A DNA stretch of 64,000 bases from contig DATFLY010000127.1 of the NCBI GenBank assembly GCA_035267185.1, positions 27,894 to 91,893 of the forward strand, written 5' to 3'. Origin of the DNA: Lysobacterales bacterium (GTDB lineage: Bacteria; Pseudomonadota; Gammaproteobacteria; Xanthomonadales; SZUA-36). Within the stretch, counting starts at the first letter, position 1, and each line of letters begins with the position of its first letter. Below, one piece after another: positions 18,874-28,702 of the stretch. A model generated the notes under the pieces. That model saw only the letters and a program-made list of their open reading frames with translations. It had not been told where the DNA came from and did no database searches. The position numbers and the translations under genes are program-made.

Positions 18874-19521
18874 ATGAACAAGGATTCGAAAGAACATATT
18901 TCGCAGTTGATGGACGGTGAAATCGGTGGGGATACCGGCCGGTTTGTATTGCGTCAACTCGAAGCAAGCGGCGAACTCCGGGATACGTGGGCGCGCTATC
19001 ATCTCATCAGGGATTGTATGCGCTACCAGGACAGGGGATTGGCTGGTGGTGAGCTATCTGATCGCGTCAGGAGCTCCATCGACCAACCCGCGACACCTGC
19101 AGAGATTGGAAGCACAGGTACTCGAGTTGGGGCACGTTGGTTGAGACCTGTTGCTGGCCTCGCAATTGCGGCTTCAGTCGCACTGATGGCAGTGGTTGCG
19201 GTTACTCCAAACCTTGAGAACGATTCAGGATTTGGCACGGAGCAGATATCAGCGGCTTCCGCTCAACCATTCGCCAGTCCTAATATTCTGTCAGGCGGAC
19301 CGGAAACGCGACCCGTGAATCTGAATGGTGGCGCAAAACCGGCATCTCCGAAGATGAACTCCTACCTGTTGCGGCATTATCAGGTAGCAGGTTCTTCGGC
19401 CGGCAATGGTTTTATATCGTTTGTGCCCATCGTGACTTCCAAGTCTGCGATGCAGAATGATGAGGCAGCAGAGTCAATTCAATCACAATCCGAGATCGAG
19501 TCTGATCCTGACCGGCCGTGA
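18874..19521 (+). CDS. rseA: Anti-sigma-E factor RseA/MucA
   Basis: The N-terminus (EHISQLMDGEI...WARYHLIRDCMR) is the RseA N-domain, followed by a central TM segment. The position directly after rpoE supports the call. Confidence 0.8.
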   Translation: MNKDSKEHISQLMDGEIGGDTGRFVLRQLEASGELRDTWARYHLIRDCMRYQDRGLAGGELSDRVRSSIDQPATPAEIGSTGTRVGARWLRPVAGLAIAASVALMAVVAVTPNLENDSGFGTEQISAASAQPFASPNILSGGPETRPVNLNGGAKPASPKMNSYLLRHYQVAGSSAGNGFISFVPIVTSKSAMQNDEAAESIQSQSEIESDPDRP

Positions 19522-20522
19522 TCCCGGCCAAGACAAAAGAACGCATTTCCAGCAGGCAGTTTCACTGCCTGTTGTTCTTTGTTGGTTTCTCGATTCAGCT
19601 TTTTGCCGATGATTCGGATTTTCCGGAAGCTGTAAAACACCTGAACCAGATGTCGCTTGCGATGAGTCAGATGACTTACCAGGGGACGTTTGTTTACGTG
19701 CAGGGCTCGCTGGTTGAAACCATGCGGATCACACATGTGGTGGATGAGAACGGAATACACGAACGTCTGGTCGCACAAACCGGGCGGCAAAGAGAGCTTC
19801 GCCGAGATGCCGAAGGTGTTCGGTGGATTGCCAGAGATCAACAGGCAGTGGTGAGCGACCCCTCGGTCAATCGTGGTTTTTTTCCTGTCGTCACTTCTGA
19901 TGCAATAGAGAATGCTGCAGATTTCTACACCATCAGTCTTGGTGGGCTGGAGCCGTTGGCCGGAAGACTGGGACGCAAACTGAGCATCATTCCATTGGAC
20001 AAGTACCGATATGGGTACTCACTCTGGCTGGAAGAACCCTCCGGTTTTTTACTCAAGTGGGAATTGTTCCAGGACAGTGCCAGGCCACTGGCCCGGCTGA
20101 TGTTTACTGATATCCGAATCGGAAACGAAGTCGATCGCAGTGAGCTTCTAAGTAACGATTCGATGGACGGATTTCAGACACAGGCGTCCGATCTTCCGCA
20201 AAAGCCGACAATAACCCAGTCGAAACCCCGGTGGATCCCGGAAAAACCACCCCCCGGATTCAGGCTTACAAGCCATCGTCGGGAGGACAGTCAGTCCGCG
20301 GTTATGTTTCAGCACCTGGTATATAGCGATGGAATAGCGACTGTTTCTGTTTATGTCGAGCCTTTTTCTGAAACTGATGGCTCTGGCACGGGTGCCAGCA
20401 GCCTGGGAACCACCAATGCGCATTCGCGACTGCTTGATGATTACCTGATCACAGTCATGGGAGATGTCCCTGCTGCGACAGTCAGGGAAATGGCGATGTC
20501 GGTGACTAAACAATCCCCTTGA
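19518..20522 (+). CDS. rseB: Sigma-E regulatory protein RseB/MucB
   Basis: 334 aa with a signal peptide. MSLAMSQMTYQGTFVYVQGSLVETMRITH is MucB/RseB-like. The GTG start overlaps the rseA stop. Confidence 0.85.
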   Translation: MIPAKTKERISSRQFHCLLFFVGFSIQLFADDSDFPEAVKHLNQMSLAMSQMTYQGTFVYVQGSLVETMRITHVVDENGIHERLVAQTGRQRELRRDAEGVRWIARDQQAVVSDPSVNRGFFPVVTSDAIENAADFYTISLGGLEPLAGRLGRKLSIIPLDKYRYGYSLWLEEPSGFLLKWELFQDSARPLARLMFTDIRIGNEVDRSELLSNDSMDGFQTQASDLPQKPTITQSKPRWIPEKPPPGFRLTSHRREDSQSAVMFQHLVYSDGIATVSVYVEPFSETDGSGTGASSLGTTNAHSRLLDDYLITVMGDVPAATVREMAMSVTKQSP

Positions 20523-20541
20523 AACGCAAAGCAGCAACCCC

Positions 20542-21045
20542 ATGATTTCACAACAGGGCAGGATCACGTCTGTTGACCAGCAGGAAGTCACTGTTGAAAT
20601 CGGCGGAGTGAGTGGCTGCCCTGCATGTGATTCCGGAAAAGGTTGCGGTGCCGGAATTTTTGGACGCTTGTTACGAAATCGCCAGGCAGCAATCCAGCTT
20701 CCCAACACAATCGATGCTGTACCTGGTCAAGCGGTCAAATTGGGAATTTCCGAGCAGTATTTTCTGCGGCTGGTGTTTCGAATGTATGCACTGCCGCTGT
20801 TGGCGGGTCTGATTGGAGCGAGCGTCGGGTTTTCCCTGGCATCGAGTGGCAATCACCAGGGGCTGGCGCTTGATGTCTGGACTTTGGTGGCCGGAATTGT
20901 CGCAGCTGGGCTTGTCATGATTTGGACTCGCAAAACATTGCGGGAATTTCCCGGACAGACAGCGGTCCATCTTTTAATGAACGATGACACAGACAAGGCA
21001 ATTCAATGTGTCACGCTGAGTGAAACAAGACAGGACACTCGATAA
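20542..21045 (+). CDS. rseC: RseC/MucC family (SoxR-reducing system RseC-like) membrane protein
   Basis: GRITSVDQQEVTVEI....CPACDSGKGCGAGIF followed by two TM helices. The position after rseB supports the call. Confidence 0.75.
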   Translation: MISQQGRITSVDQQEVTVEIGGVSGCPACDSGKGCGAGIFGRLLRNRQAAIQLPNTIDAVPGQAVKLGISEQYFLRLVFRMYALPLLAGLIGASVGFSLASSGNHQGLALDVWTLVAGIVAAGLVMIWTRKTLREFPGQTAVHLLMNDDTDKAIQCVTLSETRQDTR

Positions 21046-21066
21046 GAGAGTGACTGCAAGGCGGAA

Positions 21067-22524
21067 TTGGAGAAAGTAAAAGTGTTTAAGAAACTGATTT
21101 CATCAACATTGCTGGTGCTGTTTATTGCATCGGCTCAAACAGGCAGCGCTGCTGTCACGGGCCTTCCTGACTTTACAGGCCTGGTGCGGGAAGCGGGGCC
21201 TGCAGTGGTCAATATCCAGGTGACTCAGTTCGGGGACAGGGTCCGGGCAGGTGAACGTGATGCTGCTCCTGATGATTCCTCACCATACTCGCAGGAAGAA
21301 CTGCCAGAATTGTTCAGACGCTTCTTTGGGCAACCAAACACTCCTGACCTTAACGAACCCGATCGATTTGGCGCTGGCTCTGGTTTCATTATCGAATCTG
21401 ACGGATACATCATTACCAATCACCACGTCATCGATGGAGCAGACGAAATCATTGTCAGCCTGGAAGATCGTCGTGAATTTATCGCGGAGTTGGTGGGTTC
21501 TGACCCGCAAAGTGACATCGCCCTGCTTAAGATTGATGAGGAAGGACTGCCTTTTCTCAGGCTTGGCGATTCGAATAACCTACAGACCGGTGAATGGGTT
21601 GCAGCCATCGGATCACCGTTCGGATTTGAACAGACTGTGACCGCTGGCATCGTCAGTGCCAAAGGGCGCAGCAATAATTCACAACAGTATGTTCCGTTTA
21701 TCCAGACGGACGTGGCCATCAATCGCGGCAACTCCGGCGGGCCACTACTGAATATGGATGGAGAGGTTGTTGGAATCAATTCCTGGATACTCAGCGGCAG
21801 CGGTGGATACATGGGGCTCTCGTTCTCCATTCCGATTGAGACCGCAGCCAACAGCATCCAACAGTTGCGCACCACGGGCAAAGTCACGCGTGGCTTGCTT
21901 GGCGTCGTGGTGGCTGAAGTCAGTCGTGAGTATGCCGAGGCCATGAACCTGGACCGCTCCGTTGGCGCGCTTGTGACAGACCTCAACCGGGGAGGCGCCG
22001 CTGATCGTGCCGGAATCGAGCCAGGCGACGTCATACTCCGATTCAACGACAGGCCCATCAATGAATGGAGCGATCTCCCGCCATTGGTTGGTGCCAATCC
22101 TCCCGGAACAGAGGTGGATGTTGTGGTGGCCAGGAATGGTGACGAACGGGTTTTTGAAGTCACGCTGGATGCGCTTGAATCTGACAACGAAGGCAATTTG
22201 CAGACCTCGACCGCTGAGGAAACCCAAAGCAATGCGTTGGGAATTGCTGTACAACCGGTTCCTGCCGACAGAATGGAAGAATTTGAAGGCGTCGATGGTG
22301 GCGTGATTGTCGTTGATGTGGAAAGCGATGAGGCATACCGGGCTGGCCTCAGGCGCGGTGATGTGCTGCTCGCCATCAACAATCAGTCAATTGAAGGTGT
22401 TGAAGATTTTGAGGACGTGGTTGAGTCACTGCCGGATGATAAGGCAGTTGCACTGCGAATCATGCGGAACGGTAATTCAAACTTCATCGCATTTACGCCC
22501 GAAATTTCCGAGGATTCTGACTAG
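21067..22524 (+). CDS. degP: Periplasmic Do-family serine endoprotease (DegP/DegQ/MucD), protease domain plus 2 PDZ domains
   Basis: Catalytic motifs TNHHV, DIALLKI and GNSGGPL are present, with a signal peptide. The start could instead be GTG 21082. Confidence 0.9.
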   Translation: MEKVKVFKKLISSTLLVLFIASAQTGSAAVTGLPDFTGLVREAGPAVVNIQVTQFGDRVRAGERDAAPDDSSPYSQEELPELFRRFFGQPNTPDLNEPDRFGAGSGFIIESDGYIITNHHVIDGADEIIVSLEDRREFIAELVGSDPQSDIALLKIDEEGLPFLRLGDSNNLQTGEWVAAIGSPFGFEQTVTAGIVSAKGRSNNSQQYVPFIQTDVAINRGNSGGPLLNMDGEVVGINSWILSGSGGYMGLSFSIPIETAANSIQQLRTTGKVTRGLLGVVVAEVSREYAEAMNLDRSVGALVTDLNRGGAADRAGIEPGDVILRFNDRPINEWSDLPPLVGANPPGTEVDVVVARNGDERVFEVTLDALESDNEGNLQTSTAEETQSNALGIAVQPVPADRMEEFEGVDGGVIVVDVESDEAYRAGLRRGDVLLAINNQSIEGVEDFEDVVESLPDDKAVALRIMRNGNSNFIAFTPEISEDSD

Positions 22525-22587
22525 TCTCCTTATCGAGCCAGAAACATAGAATTCTGAACCACGGTTCGTGATTCAGATATAATCGCT

Positions 22588-22625
22588 AAAGGCCATCCGC
22601 TCTTCGTTTGACGGATGGCCTTTTT
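22588..22625 (+). terminator. Rho-independent terminator after degP
   Basis: Perfect 12-bp stem AAAGGCCATCCG / CGGATGGCCTTT with a 12-nt loop. The downstream arm runs into TTTTT. Confidence 0.7.
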
Positions 22626-22649
22626 GCTGACCGTGGTAACGGAATCCAG

Positions 22650-24452
22650 ATGGACCAGAGTCATATCCGAAATTTCTCGATCATTGCCCATGTCGACCAT
22701 GGCAAGTCGACCCTGGCCGATCGTTTTATTCAGACCTGCGGGGCCTTGAGCGAACGCGAAATGTCCGAGCAGGTACTGGATTCCATGGATATTGAGCGTG
22801 AACGGGGAATCACGATCAAGGCGCAAAGTGTGACTCTGCGTTACACCGCGAAAAATGGCGAGGAATATCAGCTGAACTTCATTGATACGCCTGGCCATGT
22901 GGATTTTTCTTACGAGGTTTCACGTTCGCTCGCAGCGTGCGAGGGTGCTTTATTGGTGGTCGATGCGGCACAGGGCGTCGAAGCACAGAGTGTCGCCAAT
23001 TGTTATACCGCCGTTGAGCTGGGTCTCGAAGTGATACCAGTGCTTAACAAGATCGACCTGCAGTCAGCTGAACCTGAAAGGGTAAAAGGCGAAATCGAGG
23101 ATATCATCGGGATCGAGGCTCAGGATGCGCTGGAAGTCAGTGCAAAGACGGGGCAGGGCATTGATGAAATTCTTGAGTCGCTGGTGGAAAAAATTCCACC
23201 ACCGGTTGGTCGCAGGGATGCACCTTTAAAAGCCCTGATTATTGATTCCTGGTTTGACAATTACCTGGGTGTGGTTTCATTGATTCGGGTGGTTGATGGA
23301 ACAGTAAAAAAACAGGACAAGATCAAGCTGATGTCGCTCTCAGAACATCAACAGGTTGAACAGGTTGGCGTGTTCACGCCCAAGCAGGAAAAACGTGATC
23401 TTCTTGCGCCCGGGGAGGTTGGCTACCTGGTGGCTGGCATCAAGGATGTCCATGGCGCCCCGGTCGGAGACACGATCACTGCGGCAAAAGATGGTGCGAA
23501 AGAGCCACTGGCCGGTTTTAAGAAAATGCAGCCGCGCGTGTTTGCAGGCCTTTTCCCATCAAACGCCGACGACTACCCCGACCTCAGGGAAGCGCTCGAT
23601 CGTCTGCAGTTGAATGATGCGGCACTTCATTTCGAGCCCGAAACATCACAGGCGCTGGGATTCGGATTCAGATGTGGTTTTCTTGGCTTGTTGCACATGG
23701 AGATCGTGCAGGAGAGACTGGAGCGGGAATACGACATCGACCTGGTCACCACCGCCCCTACAGTTATTTACGAAGTGCTTGTGACCGATGGCAGTATTGT
23801 CAGTCTTGAAAACCCCGCTAAGCTTCCACCAGAGAATGAAATTGCAGAAGTGCGCGAGCCAATTATCCAGGCCAATATCCTGGTGCCACAGGATTATGTT
23901 GGTTCAGTGATTGGTCTTTGCGAAGAAAAGAGAGGCAGGCAGAAAGGGCTGCACTACCTGGGCAACCAGGTATCAATCCAGTACGAATTGCCACTCTCGG
24001 AAGTGGTCCTGGATTTCTTTGATCGATTAAAATCCGTGAGCCGTGGGTATGCTTCATTCGATTATCATTTCCTGCGTTATGAAGCAGGGCCGTTTGTCAG
24101 GTTGGATATCCTGATCAATGGTGAACGTGTTGATGCGTTGTCATTGATTATTCATCGTGAAGATGTACAGAGAAAAGGCCGGGATATGGCCGTCAAGATG
24201 AAAGAACTGATTCCTCGCCAGATGTTCGATATTGCAATTCAGGCTGCGATCGGATCACATGTGATATCCCGGACGACGGTCAAGGCGCTGCGCAAGAATG
24301 TTACCGCCAAGTGTTATGGGGGCGACATTACCCGAAAACGCAAGCTGCTGGAGAAACAGAAAGCCGGTAAGAAAAGAATGAAACAGGTTGGGCGGGTTGA
24401 GATACCCCAGGAAGCCTTCTTAGCTGTTTTGCAGAATGAGACAAAAAGATAA
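22650..24452 (+). CDS. lepA: Elongation factor 4 (LepA)
   Basis: [25 protein letters not shown]..., [13 protein letters not shown] place the start at ATG 22650. The track TTG at 22608 lies inside the terminator loop. Confidence 0.95.
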   Translation: MDQSHIRNFSIIAHVDHGKSTLADRFIQTCGALSEREMSEQVLDSMDIERERGITIKAQSVTLRYTAKNGEEYQLNFIDTPGHVDFSYEVSRSLAACEGALLVVDAAQGVEAQSVANCYTAVELGLEVIPVLNKIDLQSAEPERVKGEIEDIIGIEAQDALEVSAKTGQGIDEILESLVEKIPPPVGRRDAPLKALIIDSWFDNYLGVVSLIRVVDGTVKKQDKIKLMSLSEHQQVEQVGVFTPKQEKRDLLAPGEVGYLVAGIKDVHGAPVGDTITAAKDGAKEPLAGFKKMQPRVFAGLFPSNADDYPDLREALDRLQLNDAALHFEPETSQALGFGFRCGFLGLLHMEIVQERLEREYDIDLVTTAPTVIYEVLVTDGSIVSLENPAKLPPENEIAEVREPIIQANILVPQDYVGSVIGLCEEKRGRQKGLHYLGNQVSIQYELPLSEVVLDFFDRLKSVSRGYASFDYHFLRYEAGPFVRLDILINGERVDALSLIIHREDVQRKGRDMAVKMKELIPRQMFDIAIQAAIGSHVISRTTVKALRKNVTAKCYGGDITRKRKLLEKQKAGKKRMKQVGRVEIPQEAFLAVLQNETKR

Positions 24453-25265
24453 ATGGAATACCTTGCTCCCAATTTTACGCTCCTGCTGGTCGTACTGACC
24501 CTCCTGTCAGGACTGATCTGGTTAATTGATACGCTCTTTTTCAAAAAGAAAAGGATGGACCGTGCAGTTCAGTCTGGTACCGGTGAAGTTGGCAGAGAGC
24601 CGGTTGCAGTGGAGTATTCACGTTCATTATTCCCCGTTCTGCTGGTGGTATTGCTTTTTCGCTCTTTTTTGTTTGAACCATTCAAGATTCCTTCCGGATC
24701 GATGATTCCAACCTTGCTGGTGGGAGACTTCATCCTGGTAAACAAGTATGCCTATGGTTTGAAACTGCCCGTGTTTCACAAGAAGTTCGTATCCATTGGA
24801 GAGCCGGAAAGGGGTGATGTTATTGTCTTCAGGAAACCCGGCGAAGAGAATGTCAGTTTTATCAAGCGCCTTGTGGGTCTTCCGGGAGACACGATCAGTT
24901 ACCGTGACAAAAAGCTGTACATCAATGGGGAGCTGGTACCTTCCGAGGAAGCAGGGCGCTATACAAGCCAGGATGTGAAGTGTGCAACCCCCAGGCGTGA
25001 CGCGGTTCGTTACATTGAGACGCTTGGCGATTCGACGCATGAAATCCTTCTGCATGAGTCATCCGGAAGCCGGAATGGACAATGGGTTGTGCCGGAGGGG
25101 CAGTATTTTGCGATGGGGGACAACCGCGACCGAAGCAATGACAGTCGTGAATGGGGCTTTGTTCCTGAAGAGAACATGATGGGAAGAGCCGTGGGAATCT
25201 GGCTCAACTTTGATATGAACAAGGGGTGCGGTGATATGTCCCGTGTCGGCGAAGGAATCCAATAA
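24453..25265 (+). CDS. lepB: Signal peptidase I
   Basis: IPSGSMIPTLLVGD (Ser box), RGDVIVF, YIKRLVGLPGD and GDNRDRSNDSR boxes are present. Confidence 0.9.
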   Translation: MEYLAPNFTLLLVVLTLLSGLIWLIDTLFFKKKRMDRAVQSGTGEVGREPVAVEYSRSLFPVLLVVLLFRSFLFEPFKIPSGSMIPTLLVGDFILVNKYAYGLKLPVFHKKFVSIGEPERGDVIVFRKPGEENVSFIKRLVGLPGDTISYRDKKLYINGELVPSEEAGRYTSQDVKCATPRRDAVRYIETLGDSTHEILLHESSGSRNGQWVVPEGQYFAMGDNRDRSNDSREWGFVPEENMMGRAVGIWLNFDMNKGCGDMSRVGEGIQ

Positions 25266-25320
25266 TTGGCCTAAAAAGGCTATAGTATGGGTCTGAACTT
25301 GAAAGGGAATCAGGTAACCG

Positions 25321-25692
25321 ATGATGAAGATGCGCAAACAGAAAGGGCTTACGCTAATAGGGTTCGGCATTGTTCTGGTATTCGTTGTGTTTTTCGCCTA
25401 TGTGGGAATGCGACTGGTGCCGTTGTATCTTGAATATCATGCCGTGGTGGGGGCAATGGAGCGTTTACAGGAGGATCCGGGTGCCGCAAAGCTCCCCGCC
25501 AATCGTATCCGGGAGCGCATCATGCGAAGCCTTTATGTCAGTTATGCGTCTGACAACATTCAGCGCCATCACATAAAAATCAAACGCCAGGGGGGCATCC
25601 AGGTCAATGTGGCCTATGAAGTCCGTAAGCCCATGGTCGGTAATGTTGATGTCGTGGTGCATTTCGATAAAACAGTTGTCCTGAGGCAATGA
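25321..25692 (+). CDS. Small membrane-anchored protein, DUF4845-like (conserved between lepB and rnc)
   Basis: 123 aa. The N-terminus (QKGLTLIGFGIVLVFVVFFAYVGMRLVPLYLEY) resembles a pilin-like/TM segment. The call rests on position and pattern, from memory. Confidence 0.6.
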   Translation: MMKMRKQKGLTLIGFGIVLVFVVFFAYVGMRLVPLYLEYHAVVGAMERLQEDPGAAKLPANRIRERIMRSLYVSYASDNIQRHHIKIKRQGGIQVNVAYEVRKPMVGNVDVVVHFDKTVVLRQ

Positions 25693-26354
25693 CCCATCAA
25701 ATTCCCGGGATCAATTACCAATTTTCAGATCCCGGGTTGCTTGAAAAAGCGCTGACACACAGAAGTGTCGGTTCTGGTAATTACGAACGACTTGAATTTC
25801 TTGGCGACAGCGTGCTTGATCTGGTCATCGCTGAGCGACTGATTGTTCTACATCCAAAGGCAACTGAAGGCGATCTCAGCCGAATGAGGTCCCGCCTTGT
25901 CAGGGCCGATTCGCTCCGCAAGGTCGCGTCTTCCCTGGACCTGGGAAAACACCTGAGACTGGGTATTGGTGAACGCAAATCCGGGGGCAGGAGACGTGCG
26001 TCAATCCTGGGAGACGCACTGGAAGCCGTGATCGGTGCGATATATATGGACGGAGGCTACCGGGCTTGCCAGTCCGTGATCCTTGAAATATTTCAGCCCA
26101 GTATCGAAGACCTTCCGGATGCTGAAAGCCTGAAAGATCCCAAAACACGACTGCAGGAATATCTGCAGGGTCGTGGTAGACCGTTGCCCCGTTATGAACT
26201 GCAGGAAGAACGTGGCGCTGATCATGACAAGGAATTCAGTGTCCGATGTTCGCTCAGAGATACAGAACAGCACGCGATAGCCACGGGAACCAGCCGACGA
26301 AAAGCAGAGCAGGCTGCGGCACAATACCTTTATGAGCAGTTGGTCAATGACTGA
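25689..26354 (+). CDS. rnc: Ribonuclease III
   Basis: The ERLEFLGDSVL signature and a C-terminal dsRBD (DPKTRLQEYLQ...) are present. Confidence 0.95.
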   Translation: MTHQIPGINYQFSDPGLLEKALTHRSVGSGNYERLEFLGDSVLDLVIAERLIVLHPKATEGDLSRMRSRLVRADSLRKVASSLDLGKHLRLGIGERKSGGRRRASILGDALEAVIGAIYMDGGYRACQSVILEIFQPSIEDLPDAESLKDPKTRLQEYLQGRGRPLPRYELQEERGADHDKEFSVRCSLRDTEQHAIATGTSRRKAEQAAAQYLYEQLVND

Positions 26355-27249
26355 GAGCAAAATGCGAAGTGGTTACGTGGCGCTGGTTGGGCGTCCGAAT
26401 GTCGGCAAATCCACATTGATGAACCGGGTTCTGGGTCAGAAACTCAGCATTGTGACTGCCAAGCCACAGACGACACGTCAGCGGATCAGTGGCATCAAGA
26501 CCGACGAAAAAGGGCAGGTTGTCTATGTCGATACGCCCGGAATTCATCGGGTCGACAAAAAAGCACTGAATCGTTTCATGAATCGAATTGCCCGTGCCTC
26601 GTTTCTGGATGTCGACCTTGTGTTATTTCTGGTGGAAGCCGGCCGATGGACAGATGAAGACGAAGCAGTGGCAAAAAGTCTGCGGAATATTGACGTGCCG
26701 GTTTGCCTGGTGGTGAACAAGATTGACGCCCTGGCAGACAAGTCAGAGTTGCTCGGATTTGTCGAAAAACATGTTGATGGAAATAAATTTGAGGAAGTAT
26801 TCCTGGTCTCTGCCCTGAAGGGCAATGGCGTTGACAGCCTTGAGAACGCCATTTCCCAAAAGCTGCCATTTTCCAGGCCGCTTTATGATGAAGATCAACT
26901 GACTGATCGCAGTGAACGCTTCCTTGCCGCTGAATTTATTCGCGAGCAACTGATGCAAAGGTTACATAAGGAGATTCCTTATGCCCTTACGGTTGAAATC
27001 GAATCTTTTGAGCGTACGAAAAAGCTCCTGAGGATCGGTGCTGTCATCTGGGTGGAGCGGGAAAGCCAGAAAGGAATTGTCATCGGCAAGGGCGGTGAGG
27101 CCCTCAAACAGGCTTCCAGCCGTGCACGGCTGGCACTTGAAAAATTTTTTGGCGAGAAAGTGTTCCTCGAAACATGGGTCAGGGTCAGCAAGAACTGGTC
27201 GAATGACGATCGTTTACTCAAGAAGCTGGGCTACGACGACCTGGTCTGA
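26347..27249 (+). CDS. era: GTPase Era
   Basis: SGYVALVGRPNVGKSTLMN, DTPG, NKID and a C-terminal KH domain. The start is either ATG 26347 or ATG 26332; both are in frame. Confidence 0.95.
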   Translation: MTESKMRSGYVALVGRPNVGKSTLMNRVLGQKLSIVTAKPQTTRQRISGIKTDEKGQVVYVDTPGIHRVDKKALNRFMNRIARASFLDVDLVLFLVEAGRWTDEDEAVAKSLRNIDVPVCLVVNKIDALADKSELLGFVEKHVDGNKFEEVFLVSALKGNGVDSLENAISQKLPFSRPLYDEDQLTDRSERFLAAEFIREQLMQRLHKEIPYALTVEIESFERTKKLLRIGAVIWVERESQKGIVIGKGGEALKQASSRARLALEKFFGEKVFLETWVRVSKNWSNDDRLLKKLGYDDLV

Positions 27250-27263
27250 GTCGGCTTCAAGCG

Positions 27264-27959
27264 ATGCGTGTACTTCAGGAACCCGGATTCGTCCTCCATA
27301 CCCGACCCTTCAGGGAAACCAGTCTTTTGCTTGAAATGCTGTCACGCGAGCACGGGCGGGTAGGGCTGGTTGCAAGAGGCGCGAAATCAGCCCGCTCACG
27401 CTGGAGGCATGTGCTGCAACCTTTCAGGCCCCTTTTGGTTGGCTGGAATCAGCGAGGGGAGCTTGGAACGCTGACGGGAGCTGAGGAAGCCGCAACCATT
27501 CCGCCGCTCCGTGGTGAATCCCTGATGTGTGGTTTGTATGCAAATGAACTGCTGGTTCGCTTTTTGCACCGTTCGGATCCTCATCCTGAAGTTTTTGATC
27601 TTTATCGGAACCTGGTAACAGCGCTGGCGTCAGAAGAACAAATACAACCTGTTTTACGGGTGTTTGAGCGGGATTTGCTCCAGTCCGTCGGGTTGGGATT
27701 GCAACTGGAATGGGAGCAGGGGGGGCGACGCCCAATCGACGAGACTGCGTGGTACGAATATTTGCCCGATGGCGGCCCGATCAGGCGAAACGAAGAGGAC
27801 AGAAGCCGAACCAGGCTTATCTCGGGTAAAGCCCTGCTTGCGCTGGGCACTGGCCAGATTGGTGAAGATCAACAACGTGAACTGAAGATGCTGATGCGCA
27901 GGTTAATTCGTTATCATCTGGGCGACAAACCACTGGCATCGCACGAACTGTTTCGTTAG
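27264..27959 (+). CDS. recO: DNA repair protein RecO
   Basis: 231 aa. The N-terminus (PGFVLHTRPFRETSLLLEMLSREHGRVGLVARGA) is typical of RecO, and the position after era supports the call. Confidence 0.9.
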   Translation: MRVLQEPGFVLHTRPFRETSLLLEMLSREHGRVGLVARGAKSARSRWRHVLQPFRPLLVGWNQRGELGTLTGAEEAATIPPLRGESLMCGLYANELLVRFLHRSDPHPEVFDLYRNLVTALASEEQIQPVLRVFERDLLQSVGLGLQLEWEQGGRRPIDETAWYEYLPDGGPIRRNEEDRSRTRLISGKALLALGTGQIGEDQQRELKMLMRRLIRYHLGDKPLASHELFR

Positions 27960-27968
27960 GAAAAGATT

Positions 27969-28688
27969 ATGGCTGTTCTACTTGGTGTAAACGTGGATCA
28001 CGTGGCGACTGTGCGGCAGGCGCGGGGTACAAATTACCCCTCGGTTGTTGAGGCGGCGGCGTTGGCGGAAGATTCCGGTGCTGATTCAATCACGGTACAT
28101 CTCAGGGAAGATCGTCGTCACATTCAGGACAGCGATGTGACCCAGCTGTGCGCCAACAGCAGAACCCGCGTCAACCTGGAAATGGCGGTAACCGGGGAAA
28201 TGCTGGGTATTGCACTCAGGCATCGACCCCATGATGTTTGCCTTGTCCCTGAAAAGCGACAGGAGCTCACCACGGAAGGCGGGCTGGATGTGGTACGTCA
28301 CCACGCGGAAATATCTGCTGCGGTTGCCCGGTTATCCGAAGCGGGTATTCGGGTATCTCTGTTTATCGATCCTGACCCGGAACAGCTCAAAGCAGCAAAA
28401 GAAACACAGGCACCGGTCATTGAATTGCATACGGGCACATATGCGGAACTGGAAGGCGAATCCATGCTTACTGAATTGGCCCGCCTCGACGATGCCTGCA
28501 ACCTGGGTCACTCATTTGGCCTTGTGATCAACGCAGGACACGGTCTGAATCGGGGCAACGTCCAGGCTATTGCAAGCCTTCCCTACATGAATGAACTAAA
28601 CATTGGCCACGCCATCATTTCGCGCTCCATCTTCGTTGGTTTGCCGGCGGCAGTTAACGAGATGCGTATGCTGATAGAGCAGGCCTGA
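27969..28688 (+). CDS. pdxJ: Pyridoxine 5'-phosphate synthase
   Basis: LGVNVDHVATVRQARG...DSITVHLREDRRHI...ELHTG...LNAGHGL-type motifs are present. Confidence 0.95.
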   Translation: MAVLLGVNVDHVATVRQARGTNYPSVVEAAALAEDSGADSITVHLREDRRHIQDSDVTQLCANSRTRVNLEMAVTGEMLGIALRHRPHDVCLVPEKRQELTTEGGLDVVRHHAEISAAVARLSEAGIRVSLFIDPDPEQLKAAKETQAPVIELHTGTYAELEGESMLTELARLDDACNLGHSFGLVINAGHGLNRGNVQAIASLPYMNELNIGHAIISRSIFVGLPAAVNEMRMLIEQA

Positions 28689-28702
28689 ATGTCAACTCTT
28701 TT

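Noticed and set aside
21420-22382. A 320-aa Ser/Thr/Pro-rich ORF antisense to degP.
   Set aside because: It has low-complexity composition typical of an antisense frame, and degP on the plus strand has all catalytic and PDZ features.
22608-22649. TTG start for lepA at 22608 given by the ORF track.
   Set aside because: It lies in the loop of the degP terminator hairpin. The conserved LepA N-terminus begins at ATG 22650.
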